DNA of 64,000 nucleotides from an uncultured Alphaproteobacteria bacterium (GTDB taxonomy: Bacteria > Pseudomonadota > Alphaproteobacteria > CAVTAV01). The notes under the pieces were generated by a model that saw only the letters and a program-made list of their open reading frames with translations, made no database searches and was not told where the DNA came from. Below are positions 45,012 through 55,603 of this stretch, piece after piece. The position numbers and the translations under genes were made by a program. Each line of letters begins with the position of its first letter. Position 1 is the stretch's first letter. The stretch covers positions 76,382 through 140,381 of the forward strand of contig CAWGIZ010000012.1 in assembly GCA_963822835.1 (NCBI GenBank). Direction: 5' to 3'.

Positions 45012-45785
45012 ATGAGTAAAGAAGATCAGCGCGACGGCTGGGGCGAGGTGATCCGAACGGTCATCTACGCGGTTATCATCGCCCTCGGTATCCGGACGAT
45101 CGCTTTCGAGCCTTTCAACATCCCGTCCAAGTCGATGGAACCCACGCTGCTGGTGGGCGACTATCTGTTCGTCTCCAAATACGCCTATGGCTATAGCCGG
45201 TATTCGCTGCCCTTCAGCCCGCCGCTGTTCAGCGGCCGGATCTTCGAGAGCCCGGTGACGCGCGGCGATGTCGCGGTCTTCAAATGGCCGTATGACAATC
45301 GCACCGACTACATCAAGCGCATCGTCGGCCTGCCGGGCGACCGTATTCAGGTCCGCAACGGCATCCTGTACATCAATGGCGAGGAAGTGAAGCGCGAGCG
45401 CGTCGACGACTTCATCGAGAAGCTCGATGACGGCAGCATCCACCGCGTCACCCAGTATCGCGAGACGCTGCCCAACGGTGTCAGCTATATGGTCCTCGAC
45501 CGGCAGCCCGATAATCCGCTGGACGATACGCAGGTCTATGTCGTGCCGTCCGGACATTACTTCGCTATGGGCGACAACCGCGATAATTCGGCCGACAGCC
45601 GGATCCCGACCAGCCCGGCCGGCGTCGGCTTCGTGCCGGCGGAGAATCTCGTCGGCCGCGCGGAGGTCCTGTTCTTCTCGACGAACGGATCGGCGAAGCT
45701 GTTGGAGCCCTGGACCTGGCCGGGCGCAACGCGCTGGAGCCGGATCTTCACGTCGCTCAGGCCGCATGTCGACAAAAAGCCTTGA
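45012..45785 (+). CDS. lepB: signal peptidase I
   Basis: ATG 45012 gives a 257-aa product with a TM anchor, the catalytic motif IPSKSMEPTL, then YIKRIVGLPGD and GDNRDNSADSR. Track ORF 44910..45785 is over-extended. Confidence 0.9.
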   Translation: MSKEDQRDGWGEVIRTVIYAVIIALGIRTIAFEPFNIPSKSMEPTLLVGDYLFVSKYAYGYSRYSLPFSPPLFSGRIFESPVTRGDVAVFKWPYDNRTDYIKRIVGLPGDRIQVRNGILYINGEEVKRERVDDFIEKLDDGSIHRVTQYRETLPNGVSYMVLDRQPDNPLDDTQVYVVPSGHYFAMGDNRDNSADSRIPTSPAGVGFVPAENLVGRAEVLFFSTNGSAKLLEPWTWPGATRWSRIFTSLRPHVDKKP

Positions 45786-46458
45786 GCCGATCTACCAGGC
45801 TTTCGGCTACCGTTTCCGAAATCCCGACTTGTTGACCGAGGCGCTGACTCACCCGAGCCATGAAGGTAAGGGCAGTTTCGAACGCCTCGAATTTCTCGGC
45901 GACCGCGTGCTCGGCCTGGTCATCGCCGAACGTCTCTATACGATGTTTCCCGTCGCGGACGAGGGCCGGCTTGCGCCACTGCTCAACCTGCTGGTCCGGC
46001 GCGAGACGCTGGCGCGCATCGCGAAGAATATCGGCCTGCCGGACTTCATCATTCTGGCGCCCGGCGAGGCGGCCACGGGGGGGCGGAACAAGCCCGCGAT
46101 CCTGGCTGATGCCTGCGAGGCGGTCATTGCCGCGATCTATCTCGATGGAGGGCTGGAGGAGGCGCGGAATTTCGTGATGCGGTTCTGGAATCAGTCTTTG
46201 CGGAACCTGCCCAATGTGGCCACGGACCCGAAGACGGCGCTTCAGGAACTGTTGCAGGCGCGGGGCGAGGCACTGCCGGTCTATGTCGAGGTTTCCCGTG
46301 AAGGGCCGCCCCACGATCCGCATTTCACAATCGAGGTAAGCTCGGCCAGTGGCGCGAAGGCGCTTGGCGCGGGAAGCTCCAAGCGCAAGGCCGAGCGCGA
46401 TGCGGCCCGCGCGCTTCTCGAACAGCTGGACGAAAACCGGACGGCAAGGAATGACTGA
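45766..46458 (+). CDS. rnc: ribonuclease III
   Basis: ATG 45766 overlaps the lepB 3' end by 20 nt. Motifs are ERLEFLGDRVLGLVIAE and a C-terminal dsRBD (..GSSKRKAERDAARALLEQL). Confidence 0.9.
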   Translation: MSTKSLEPIYQAFGYRFRNPDLLTEALTHPSHEGKGSFERLEFLGDRVLGLVIAERLYTMFPVADEGRLAPLLNLLVRRETLARIAKNIGLPDFIILAPGEAATGGRNKPAILADACEAVIAAIYLDGGLEEARNFVMRFWNQSLRNLPNVATDPKTALQELLQARGEALPVYVEVSREGPPHDPHFTIEVSSASGAKALGAGSSKRKAERDAARALLEQLDENRTARND

Positions 46459-47365
46459 AGACAAGATCACACGTGCGGGTTTCGTCGCACTGATCGGCGC
46501 GCCGAATGCCGGCAAGTCGACACTGCTGAATGCCATGATCGGCTCCAAGATCGCCATCGTGACACCGAAGGTGCAAACGACGCGCGCCCGGGTGATGGGG
46601 ATTGCCATCGAGGGGACGGCGCAGATCATCTTCGTCGATACGCCCGGCATCTTTAATCCCCGGCGGCGGCTCGACCGCGCGATGGTCGCCGCGGCCTGGT
46701 CGAGCGTCTCGAATGCCGACGAGGTGGTGCTGCTGGTGGATTCGGCCCACGGCCTGAGCCACGACGTGACCCGCATCGTCGACGGGCTGAAGGAGCTCGG
46801 ACCCACCGGGAAGAAAGTCGTGCTGGCGCTCAACAAGGTCGATGCCGTCGAGCATACCAAGCTGCTGAAGCTCAGCGCCGATCTGAACGCGGCCTTTCCG
46901 TTCCACGAGACCTTCATGATATCGGCGCTCACGGGTGACGGCGTCGAGGATCTCAAGCGCCATCTGGCGGCGAAGCTGCCTGTTGGGCCGTGGCTCTATC
47001 CCGAGGACCAACTCGCCGACATTCCCCAACGTCTTTTGGCGGCGGAAATCACGCGCGAGAAGCTGTTCCTGAAGCTGCGGCAGGAGCTTCCCTACGCCGC
47101 GACGGTGGAAACCGAAGCCTGGAAGGAACAGAAGGACGGCAGCCTGCGTCTGGATCAGGTCATCTACGTCCAGCGGCAAGGCCACAAGGGCATCATCCTC
47201 GGCCGGGGCGGCGCGATGATCAAATCCATCGGCGCGGAGGCGCGCGCCGAGCTGGAACAGATTTTCGGCTGCAAGGTACACCTGTTCCTGTTCGTGAAGG
47301 TTCGCGAGAACTGGATCGACGATCCCGAACGTTTCCGGGCAATGGGCCTCGATTACACCGACTAG
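46451..47365 (+). CDS. era: GTPase Era
   Basis: ATG 46451 overlaps the rnc stop. Motifs are GAPNAGKST, DTPG, NKVD and a KH domain (VQRQGHKGIILGRGGAMIKSIG). Confidence 0.95.
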   Translation: MTEDKITRAGFVALIGAPNAGKSTLLNAMIGSKIAIVTPKVQTTRARVMGIAIEGTAQIIFVDTPGIFNPRRRLDRAMVAAAWSSVSNADEVVLLVDSAHGLSHDVTRIVDGLKELGPTGKKVVLALNKVDAVEHTKLLKLSADLNAAFPFHETFMISALTGDGVEDLKRHLAAKLPVGPWLYPEDQLADIPQRLLAAEITREKLFLKLRQELPYAATVETEAWKEQKDGSLRLDQVIYVQRQGHKGIILGRGGAMIKSIGAEARAELEQIFGCKVHLFLFVKVRENWIDDPERFRAMGLDYTD

Positions 47366-47417
47366 CGCCCGCTTCCATTCTTTCCCGAACAGGCAGGAGG
47401 CCGTATACCCTTAGTCC

Positions 47418-48179
47418 ATGGAATGGACTGATTGGGGCATGGTCTTGAGCCGGCGCCGGCATGGCGAGACGGCGGTTATTCTCGAGGTCCTGACCCGCGA
47501 GAGGGGCCGCCATAAGGGCGTCGTCAAGGGCGGCACGGGCTCGCGCCTCAGGGGTATAATCCAGCCCGGCAACGAATTGCAGTTCACCTGGCGCGCCCGC
47601 CTTTCGGAGCATCTCGGCACCTTTACGGGGCTGGAGCTTCATGCGCCGCGCGCGGCCGATCTTATGGCCTCGCCCTTGAAGCTCGCTGTCGCCTCATCGG
47701 CGTTCGCCGTCGTCAGCGTCTGCCTGCCGGAGCGGGAGCCGCACAGGGCTGTTTTCGACGGGCTGACCGCGCTCCTCGACAGCCTGGAAGAAAACGGTGA
47801 ACACTCCGAAGCCTGGGCGGCCGCCTATATCGCCTGGGAAGCAGAGTTGCTGCGGGAGCTCGGCTTCGGGCTGGATCTCGGCAGCTGTGCCGTCACCGGG
47901 GCGCTTGAAGGGCTGGCCTATGTCTCGCCGCGAACGGGGCAGGCGGTGACGCCGGAGGGGGCGGGGGCCTATAAGAGCCGATTGCTGCGCCTGCCACCAT
48001 TTCTCACCTCGGCCCGCCGCAATTCCATGTCCGCCGAGGATATCGCCGACGGTTTCGCGCTGACCGGCCATTTCCTCGAGCTGCAATTTCTCACACCACA
48101 CAATCAGGCCTTGCCTCCGGCCAGGGCGCGGCTGGTCGAACGCATGGCCGCCGCCGCGACGCTCGGATCCCGCGATTAA
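47418..48179 (+). CDS. recO: DNA repair protein RecO
   Basis: 253-aa ORF opening MEWTDWGMVLSRRRHGETAVILEVLTRERGRHKG.., in the conserved era-recO order. Confidence 0.85.
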   Translation: MEWTDWGMVLSRRRHGETAVILEVLTRERGRHKGVVKGGTGSRLRGIIQPGNELQFTWRARLSEHLGTFTGLELHAPRAADLMASPLKLAVASSAFAVVSVCLPEREPHRAVFDGLTALLDSLEENGEHSEAWAAAYIAWEAELLRELGFGLDLGSCAVTGALEGLAYVSPRTGQAVTPEGAGAYKSRLLRLPPFLTSARRNSMSAEDIADGFALTGHFLELQFLTPHNQALPPARARLVERMAAAATLGSRD

Positions 48180-48435
48180 CCATAGAGGCCGAGTTTTCCA
48201 CGGGTGGCCCCAAAGCGCCGATTTCGCGCAATCCTGCAACGCATTGTAAATAATAGAGAAATTGAGATTTTCTATAGCTCGATTGTCGGAAGTTTTGACA
48301 CCGGCGCCGTTAACGGCCGGATGTAGTATGGGGAGGTCCGTCGAACGGTGGGTCGCGGGCTGGCACGAAGTTTGAGTCGCTTTGTATGCTCAGAGTGTGT
48401 TCCCCAGTTTGGTTGTATTGCAGTTTGTGTTGCTG

Positions 48436-49215
48436 ATGTCCCGGATCTTATGGCTGTTGTTCCTTGTCGGTCTTGGGATCGCCGGACTTCTGGGCGGGCA
48501 GACGGCTTCGGCCGCGATCGGACAACTCGGCAGCGACCAAGGCCCGTCCAATTCCTTTTTGTTCGGCCGTCCCGGTTTCGAACATCATCTGGCCGACTGG
48601 AACGTCCCGAATGAGGACGAGAGCGACAATGCGGGACCCGAACTGCGGAATCCCTTTATCCCGGCTCCGGCCCGTATATTTCTGAGCGGCAACAGGGGCG
48701 GCTATTACGGCACCCTGCTTCAGACGCTGCGCTTCGGCATCATGCCCGAGCACGGATACAGCATAGGGCTGTTGGTAACGCCGATCCTTTTCACGCCCGG
48801 CGGCAAGTCGATCCTTCCGTCGAGCCAGGCTAACTGGATAGTTGCGGGGGCGGGCGAGGTCCGGTTACTCGATTGGGTGCTCCGGAACACCGTCCTGTTG
48901 CCCGGCAGTCTACCTGGCCGTGGCGGCGCAGCGCACGTCGCTTCCAGCGGCGGGTCGGCCGGGCCGGGGGGCATTGGTGGCGGCGGAGGAGGAGGCGCGC
49001 AGCGGACCGCCTCGACGAACACCGGCGGTTCCGGATCGGGCGGCGGGTCCAATCCGGATTCGAGCCTGATCCTGCCGACGCTTCCCATTCTCGACCGCAC
49101 CATCACTCCGACGATCCTGGAAACCCCGTCCGAAGTGCCCATTCCGGGCGCTTTTCTGCTGTTTGGAAGCGGTTTGGCGGGCGTTTTAGCCTTTGGGCGG
49201 CGCAAGAGGGCCTGA
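48436..49215 (+). CDS. secreted Gly-rich protein with C-terminal PEP-CTERM/VPLPA-CTERM-like sorting signal
   Basis: ATG 48436 gives the signal peptide MSRILWLLFLVGLGIAGLLGGQTASA/A (the ORF is also open from 48382). There is a Gly/Ser-rich spacer (SGGSAGPGGIGGGGGGGAQ..GGSGSGGGS). The C-terminus is VPIPGAFLLFGSGLAGVLAFGRRKRA, that is a motif, a hydrophobic helix and a basic tail. Confidence 0.6.
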   Translation: MSRILWLLFLVGLGIAGLLGGQTASAAIGQLGSDQGPSNSFLFGRPGFEHHLADWNVPNEDESDNAGPELRNPFIPAPARIFLSGNRGGYYGTLLQTLRFGIMPEHGYSIGLLVTPILFTPGGKSILPSSQANWIVAGAGEVRLLDWVLRNTVLLPGSLPGRGGAAHVASSGGSAGPGGIGGGGGGGAQRTASTNTGGSGSGGGSNPDSSLILPTLPILDRTITPTILETPSEVPIPGAFLLFGSGLAGVLAFGRRKRA

Positions 49216-49308
49216 TCGCAGTAAGTTGTGGATAAGGCTAGGCTTGAACACACAAGATATTGTTCAGCGGCTTGTCGTCCAGCGGCCGGACCACTATAAA
49301 TTCCTCCC

Positions 49309-51531
49309 ATGACACCGCCAGCTTTGCCCCAGGAAGACATTCGCGATACGCCGCTCGGCGATGCGCTGAGCACGCGTTATCTGTCCTACGCCCTGAGCAC
49401 GATCATGTCGCGCTCGCTGCCCGATGTGCGCGATGGCTTGAAGCCCGTCCACCGGCGGCTTCTCTTTGCCATGCGGCAGCTCAAGCTCGATCCGAATTCG
49501 GGCTTCAAGAAATGCGCCCGCGTGGTCGGCGACGTCATCGGTAAGTATCACCCCCACGGCGATCAGGCGGTCTATGACGCCCTGGTGCGTCTCGCGCAGG
49601 ATTTCGCCGTGCGCTATCCGTTGATCGACGGGCAGGGGAACTTCGGCAATATCGACGGCGATAACGCGGCCGCGATGCGATACACGGAATCGCGCCTCAC
49701 GGCCGTCGCCGAGGCGCTGCTCGACGGCATCGACGAGGATACGGTCGATTTCCGTCCGACCTATGACGGCGAAGAGCAGGAACCCATCGTCCTGCCCGCC
49801 GCGTTCCCAAATCTGCTCGCGAACGGGTCCGCCGGCATCGCGGTCGGCATGGCGACCAGCATCCCGCCGCATAACGCCCACGAGTTGTGCGACGCGCTGC
49901 TGCATCTCATCAAGGCGCCCAACGCAACGATGGAAAAGCTTGTCGATCTGGTGCCGGGACCGGACTTTCCGACCGGCGGCGTGCTGGTGGAGCCACGGGC
50001 ATCGATCCTCGAAGCCTACAGAACCGGGCGCGGCGGCTTCCGGTTGCGCGCGAAATGGGAGGTCGAAAATCTCAGCCACGGCCAATACCGGATCGTGGTC
50101 ACGGAGATTCCCTATCAGGTCCAGAAATCCAAGCTCGTCGAGCGGATCGCCGAGCTGATCGAATCGAAGAAGCTCCCGATCCTGGGGGATGTGCTGGATG
50201 AATCGGCGGAAGACGTCCGGCTGATTCTGGAGCCGAAATCCCGCTCGGTCGATGCCGAGATGCTGATGGAGATGCTGTTCAAGCAGACCGATCTTGAGAT
50301 CCGGTTCTCCCTGAACATGAACGTGCTGGACGCGACCCGGACGCCGCGCGTGATGGGTCTGCGCGAGGTGCTGCAAAGCTTCCTCGATCATCGCATGGTC
50401 GTTCTGGAACGCCGCTCCCGTTACCGGCTCGACAAGATCGAGCGCCGCCTCGAGATCCTCGCAGGTTACCTGATCGCCTATCTCAATCTCGACGAGGTCA
50501 TCCGGATCATCCGCGAGGAGGATGAGCCGAAGGCCAAGCTGATGGCGACCTTCAAGCTGACCGACACGCAGGCCGAAGCGATCCTCAACATGCGGCTGCG
50601 TTCCTTGAGGAAACTCGAGGAAATGGAAATCCGCACCGAGAACAACAAGTTGCGGGCGGAACAGAAGGACCTGAACGCGCTGCTCAAGAGCGAGGACAAG
50701 CGCAAGGAAGCCATCGCCGCCGAGATCAAGGAGATTCAGAAGCGGTTCTCCCGGTTGACCGATCTGGGCAGGCGGCGGACCGGCTTCGGCGATGCGCCCT
50801 CGGCGGACATCATCCCGCTCGAAGCCATGATCGAGCGCGAGCCGGTTACGATCATGTGCTCCGAGAAGGGCTGGATCCGCGCGGCCAAGGGCCATCTCGC
50901 GCCCGACGCCGATGTCAAATACAAGGAAGGCGATCGCGGCCGTTTCGTCTTCCACGCGGAGACGACCGACAAGCTGCTGCTGTTCGCGACCGACGGGAAG
51001 TTCTACACGCTGGGTTGCGACAAGCTGCCGGGCGGGCGCGGCCACGGCGAGCCCGTGCGCCTGATGGTCGATCTCGGCAACGACAAGGACATCGTCGATC
51101 TGTTCGTCTACAAGCCCGGCACCAAATTGCTGGTCGCCTCGTCCGACGGGCGCGGCTTCGTGGTCGGGACCGACAACGTGCTGGCATCCACCAAGAACGG
51201 CAAGCAGGTGCTGAATGTCTCCGGCAATGTCGAGGCGCAGATCTGCACGCTCGCCACGGGAGACTCCGTCGCGGTGGTCGGCGAGAACCGCAAGCTGCTG
51301 ATCTTCCCGCTGAACGAGATCCCGGAGATGACGCGCGGCAAGGGCGTCGTGCTCCAGAAATACAAGGACGGCGGCATCGCCGACGCCAAGACCTTCACCC
51401 TCGCGGAAGGCCTAACCTGGCGCATCGGCGACCGCATCCGCACCGAGACGGACATTCTCCAATGGCAAGGCCACCGCGCCGGCGCCGGGCGCATGGCGCC
51501 CAAGGGGTTCTCGAGCGCGAATAAGTTCTGA
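49309..51531 (+). CDS. parC: DNA topoisomerase IV subunit A
   Basis: Intact 740-aa ORF with [35 protein letters not shown] and AAMRYTE. Its size and its position after recO favour ParC over GyrA. Confidence 0.9.
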   Translation: MTPPALPQEDIRDTPLGDALSTRYLSYALSTIMSRSLPDVRDGLKPVHRRLLFAMRQLKLDPNSGFKKCARVVGDVIGKYHPHGDQAVYDALVRLAQDFAVRYPLIDGQGNFGNIDGDNAAAMRYTESRLTAVAEALLDGIDEDTVDFRPTYDGEEQEPIVLPAAFPNLLANGSAGIAVGMATSIPPHNAHELCDALLHLIKAPNATMEKLVDLVPGPDFPTGGVLVEPRASILEAYRTGRGGFRLRAKWEVENLSHGQYRIVVTEIPYQVQKSKLVERIAELIESKKLPILGDVLDESAEDVRLILEPKSRSVDAEMLMEMLFKQTDLEIRFSLNMNVLDATRTPRVMGLREVLQSFLDHRMVVLERRSRYRLDKIERRLEILAGYLIAYLNLDEVIRIIREEDEPKAKLMATFKLTDTQAEAILNMRLRSLRKLEEMEIRTENNKLRAEQKDLNALLKSEDKRKEAIAAEIKEIQKRFSRLTDLGRRRTGFGDAPSADIIPLEAMIEREPVTIMCSEKGWIRAAKGHLAPDADVKYKEGDRGRFVFHAETTDKLLLFATDGKFYTLGCDKLPGGRGHGEPVRLMVDLGNDKDIVDLFVYKPGTKLLVASSDGRGFVVGTDNVLASTKNGKQVLNVSGNVEAQICTLATGDSVAVVGENRKLLIFPLNEIPEMTRGKGVVLQKYKDGGIADAKTFTLAEGLTWRIGDRIRTETDILQWQGHRAGAGRMAPKGFSSANKF

Positions 51532-51590
51532 TCGGCTTTGACATGGACACCGGCTTGGGGCCGGATTGACGGGCAAGGGACGACTGCTTC

Positions 51591-51625
51591 CAACGCGTCA
51601 GTCCCGGACTTGATCCGGGATCCAT
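51591..51625. repeat. REP-like palindromic element (copy 2)
   Basis: caacgcgtcagTCCCGGActtgaTCCGGGAtccat, with a 7-bp stem at 51602-08 / 51614-20, lying between convergent parC and uvrA. Its flanks (CAACG..TCA.TCCCG / CGGGA.TC.AT) resemble copy 1 at 20561-20590. Confidence 0.5.
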
Positions 51626-51664
51626 GGTCGGGTCGATCAACTCGTCTCGATATTGCCCCGCTCG

Positions 51665-54533
51665 TTAGGCCCGCTTCCGCTTGGCGTAATCGTTCAGGAT
51701 GCGGGCGAGATATTCGCCCGTGTGACTGCCTTTCGCCTCGGCGATGTCTTCCGGGCGTGCCTTCCGCGACGATGCGGCCGCCGCCGTTGCCGCCTTCGGG
51801 GCCGAGGTCGATGATCCAGTCGGCGGTCTTGATGACGTCGAGATTGTGCTCGATGACCAGCACCGTGTTGCCGGTGTCGACCAGCGCATGCAGGACCTCG
51901 AGGAGCTTGCGCACGTCGTCGAAATGGAGGCCGGTGGTCGGCTCGTCGAGGATGTAGAGCGTGCGGCCGGTGGCGCGCCGGGCGAGTTCCTTGGCGAGCT
52001 TCACGCGCTGGGCTTCGCCGCCGGAGAGCGTGTTCGCCTGCTGGCCGATATGGATATAGCCAAGGCCGACGCGCTGCAGCATCTGGAGCTTGTCGCGTAC
52101 CGAGGGGACGGCCTTGAAGAACTCCGCGCCTTCATCGACCGTCATATCAAGAACGTCGGCTATCGACTTGCCCTTGAAGTGAATTTCCAGCGTCTCGCGA
52201 TTGTAGCGCTTGCCCTTGCAGACGTCGCATTCGACATAGACATCGGGCAGGAAGTGCATCTCGATCTTGATGACGCCGTCGCCCTGACAGGCCTCGCAGC
52301 GCCCGCCCTTGACGTTGAACGAAAACCGCCCCGGCTTGTAGCCGCGCGCGACCGCATCCGGCAGACCGGTGAACCAGTCGCGGATCGGCGTGAAGGCGCC
52401 GGTATAGGTCGCGGGGTTGGAGCGCGGGGTGCGGCCGATGGGCGACTGGTCGATGTCCACGACCTTGTCGAGGAATTCGAGCCCGTCGATCCGCTCGTGC
52501 TTGCCGGGTTGCTCGCGAGCCCCGTTCAGCCGCTTGGCGATGGCCTTGTAGAGCGTCTCGATGATCAGCGTCGACTTGCCGCCGCCCGAGACGCCGGTGA
52601 CGCAGGTGAAGGTGCCGAGCGGGATATGGGCCGACACGTTCTGGAGATTGTTCTCGCTCGCGCCGACGATGGCGAGTTTCTTCTTCTTGTTGATCTTGCG
52701 GCGCTCGGACGGGACGGGGACCTCCAGCCGGCCGGAGAGATACTGGCCGGTCAGGCTTTTCGGCGAGGCCTTGATCTCGGCCGGCGTGCCCTGGGCCACG
52801 ATCTCGCCGCCATGACGGCCCGCGGCCGGTCCCATGTCGATCACATAGTCGGCGGCCATGATCGCTTCCTCGTCATGCTCGACGACGATCACGGTGTTGC
52901 CGATGTCCCGCAGCCGCACGAGGGTGGCGAGCAGGCGCGCGTTGTCGCGCTGATGCAGGCCGATCGACGGCTCGTCGAGCACGTAAAGCACGCCGGTAAG
53001 GCCGGAGCCGATCTGTGACGCCAGGCGAATGCGCTGGGATTCGCCGCCCGAAAGCGTGCCGGAATTGCGCGACATGGTGAGATAGTCGAGCCCGACATTT
53101 GTAAGAAAACCAAGGCGTTCGCGGATTTCCTTCAGAATTCGCTCGGCGATCTCGCGGTTCTTCGCGCTGAGCTTCTTGTCGATGGTGCTGAACCACTCAT
53201 GAGCCTCGATGATCGACATCTGGGCGACTTCGCTGATGTTCAGACCGCCGATCTTCACCGCCAACGCCTCGGGCTTCAGCCGCGCGCCCTGGCAGGTCTC
53301 GCACGGGGCGACGCTCTGGAAGCGGGACAACTCGTCGCGGATCCACTGGCTGTCGGTTTCACGCCAGCGCCTCTCCATATTGCTGATCACGCCTTCGAAC
53401 GGCTTGGTGACCGAATATTTCCGGTTGCCGTCCGTGAAGCTCATCGGGATCGGCTCCTCGCCGGAACCGTACAGGATGACGTCCTGAATGTTTTTGGGCA
53501 GTTCGCTCCAGAGCGCGCTGGTGGAGAAGCCGAAATGCCGCGCGAGGCTGTCCAGCGTCTGGCTGTTATAGGGCGAGGAAGAATTGGCCCAGGGTGCGAT
53601 GGCGCCGTTCCGGAGCGCCTTGTCGGGATCGGGCACGACGAGCTCGGGATCGACATATTGCTTGGTGCCGAGGCCGTCGCAATCGGGGCAGGCGCCGAAT
53701 GGATTGTTGAAGGAAAACAGCCGCGGCTCGATCTCGGGAATCGTGAAGCCGGAAACCGGGCAGGCGAACTTGGCCGAGAAGATGATCTTTTCGGGTTCTT
53801 TTTCCCCTTCTTTCTTGTCGGCGAACTCAGCGACGGCGATGCCGTCCGCGATATCGAGCGCGGTTTCCAGGCTGTCCGCCAGACGGTTACCGAGATCGGG
53901 GCGCACCACGATGCGGTCGACGACCACGTCGATATCGTGCTTCAGCTTCTTGTCCAACGCCGGAGCGTCTTCGATTTCATAGAGTTGGCCATCGATCTTA
54001 ACGCGCTGGAAGCCGCGCTTCTGAAGCTCCCGCAGTTCCTTGCGGTATTCGCCCTTGCGGCCACGGATCATGGGCGCGAGCAGATAGAGCCGCGTGCCTT
54101 CCTCCAGCGCCATGATGCGGTCGGCCATCTGGCTCACGGTCTGGCTCTCGATGGGCAGGCCGGTCGCGGGCGAATAGGGGATGCCGACGCGGGCGAACAG
54201 CAGCCGCATATAGTCGTAGATCTCGGTGACCGTGCCGACCGTCGAGCGCGGGTTGCGCGAGGTCGTTTTCTGCTCGATGGAGATCGCCGGCGAAAGACCC
54301 TCGATGTGATCGACATCGGGCTTCTGCATCAGCTCCAGGAACTGCCGGGCATAAGCCGACAGGCTTTCGACATAGCGCCGTTGCCCCTCGGCGTAGATCG
54401 TATCGAAGGCGAGGGAAGATTTGCCGGAACCCGAAAGACCCGTGATGACCACCAGCTCGTCGCGCGGAATATCGACGTCGATATTCTTGAGATTATGCTC
54501 CCGGGCGCCTCTGATGCTGATGTTTTTGTTCAT
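51665..54533 (-). pseudogene. uvrA: excinuclease ABC subunit A, one frameshift near the 3' end (51751-51755)
   Basis: The gene is intact from ATG 54533 ([23 protein letters not shown]..) to ..RIVAEGTP. The authentic tail [28 protein letters not shown] lies in the frame of ORF 51665..51889. The 1141-aa track ORF is a read-through into parC antisense. Confidence 0.95.
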
Positions 54534-54755
54534 GGTGTGTTCTTACCGCAGGTGAAGGCAGTTCTTCCAGCGAAAAACATGATCGCCCGATCGAGCGGCC
54601 GCGCGATCGGGAGGGATCAGTCTCTTTGATACGACAAAACGGCGCGATCGGATGCACGCCGTTCCGTCTGTATATAGGATTTTTGGAAGGGACGGTAAGA
54701 GGTCGTCGGCACGCCATGCGGCTCTGCCGCCGCAAGGCGTGCCGGGAAGGCTAGA

Positions 54756-55532
54756 CTACGAGCTCAGGGTCGTCGTTTGCGACGGTGCGATTGCCGCTTC
54801 CTTGTTCTTCACGGGCGCGAGGCCGCTGTCGACATAAACTCCCGATGGCCAGAAAAACGCGTGTATCCCGAAGAAGGCGGTGCCGAGAGCCACGAGCATT
54901 TCCCGGATCTCCAATGGTCCGGTCGAGCCCGAATGTGGCAACAATGGCAGATGGGGTATCGGGAACCAGTTCTGGTAAAATTTCCCGTAAATATAGGCGC
55001 CGAACCATATGGACGTGTAGCACCAGGGCAGGACAGGGAAGAACGTTCGTCCGAAGAGTACCTTGCCCCATTTGGTGAGCGCCAGAAGCGGAATGCCGAG
55101 ACCGCCGAGGATCATGTAGATGCTTTGTGCCCTGTCCTCGTCGAGAATGGGGTTGTCGGAGATCACCGACAGGTTATGCAGGTTGATCTCGTCCTCGTTG
55201 TTGTATTTCTGGAAGAATTCGGGCGTCTTTTCGTGGAAGGCGCGCTGCCCCCAGCTGACTTCTTCGCCGGCGCAGAGAAACGCGAGCGCGGCCCAGCAAA
55301 TTGTCATCACGCGGGCCCAGCTTCGAACTTTCAGATTTGGGGCTTTCCAGGCGGTCAGCGCGAAGAAGATGGAGCCGACCGCATAGCCGGCGGCCGTTGC
55401 GTTCTCGATCCAGCCGTCCTCCACCGCTTGAGCGGAGAGGTTGTAGGGATCGAAATGCATCCAAACGAACATAATCACGAAGATCGCGGCGGGCACGATC
55501 CAGAGAATGCGTCGAAGTGCTGAACTTGGCAT
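54756..55532 (-). CDS. hypothetical polytopic membrane protein (about 6 TM)
   Basis: 258-aa ORF with hydrophobic segments ILWIVPAAIFVIMFVWM, YAVGSIFFALTAW, VMTICWAALAFLCAG, IYMILGGLGIPLLAL, WCYTSIWFGAYIYG and LVALGTAFFGIHAFFW, plus the motif GEEVSWGQR. GC is visibly lower than in neighbouring genes. I recognise no family. Confidence 0.6.
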   Translation of the reverse strand: MPSSALRRILWIVPAAIFVIMFVWMHFDPYNLSAQAVEDGWIENATAAGYAVGSIFFALTAWKAPNLKVRSWARVMTICWAALAFLCAGEEVSWGQRAFHEKTPEFFQKYNNEDEINLHNLSVISDNPILDEDRAQSIYMILGGLGIPLLALTKWGKVLFGRTFFPVLPWCYTSIWFGAYIYGKFYQNWFPIPHLPLLPHSGSTGPLEIREMLVALGTAFFGIHAFFWPSGVYVDSGLAPVKNKEAAIAPSQTTTLSS

Positions 55533-55583
55533 CGGTGGTCTCCCCGACGGCTCCCAAAGCCGCCCAGACGTGAAACAGCCTCC

Positions 55584-55603
55584 TAACTGTCATATAACTG
55601 TCA
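55584..55603. repeat. tandem direct repeat TAACTGTCA-ta-TAACTGTCA in the divergent intergenic region
   Basis: Exact 9-mers at 55584-55592 and 55595-55603 with an 11-bp period, 52-71 nt upstream of the membrane-protein start. It may be an operator, but the function is unknown. Confidence 0.5.

Noticed and set aside
49245-49266. Inverted repeat TGAACA-N10-TGTTCA upstream of parC, containing GAAC and GTTC
   Set aside because: The spacing (N12 between GAAC and GTTC) and the inverted orientation do not fit the alphaproteobacterial LexA operator. The 6-bp arms are too short to call a structure.
51108-54533. A 1141-aa UvrA with a ~185-aa C-terminal extension overlapping parC
   Set aside because: The extension is out-of-frame read-through after an extra base at 51751-51755. 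The authentic UvrA tail ([28 protein letters not shown]) is in ORF 51665..51889.
54534-54755. Expected SOS box upstream of uvrA
   Set aside because: Only a half-site arrangement is present (GTTC-ttccagc-GAAA at 54561-54575), with no GAAC-N7-GAAC even allowing one mismatch. I cannot claim LexA control of uvrA from this sequence.
55174-55593. AGGAGG motif at ~55575 and the 139-aa ORF starting at ATG 55593, overlapping the membrane-protein gene
   Set aside because: The ATG lies upstream of the AGGAGG rather than after it. The product is Arg-rich out-of-frame translation of the membrane-protein gene.
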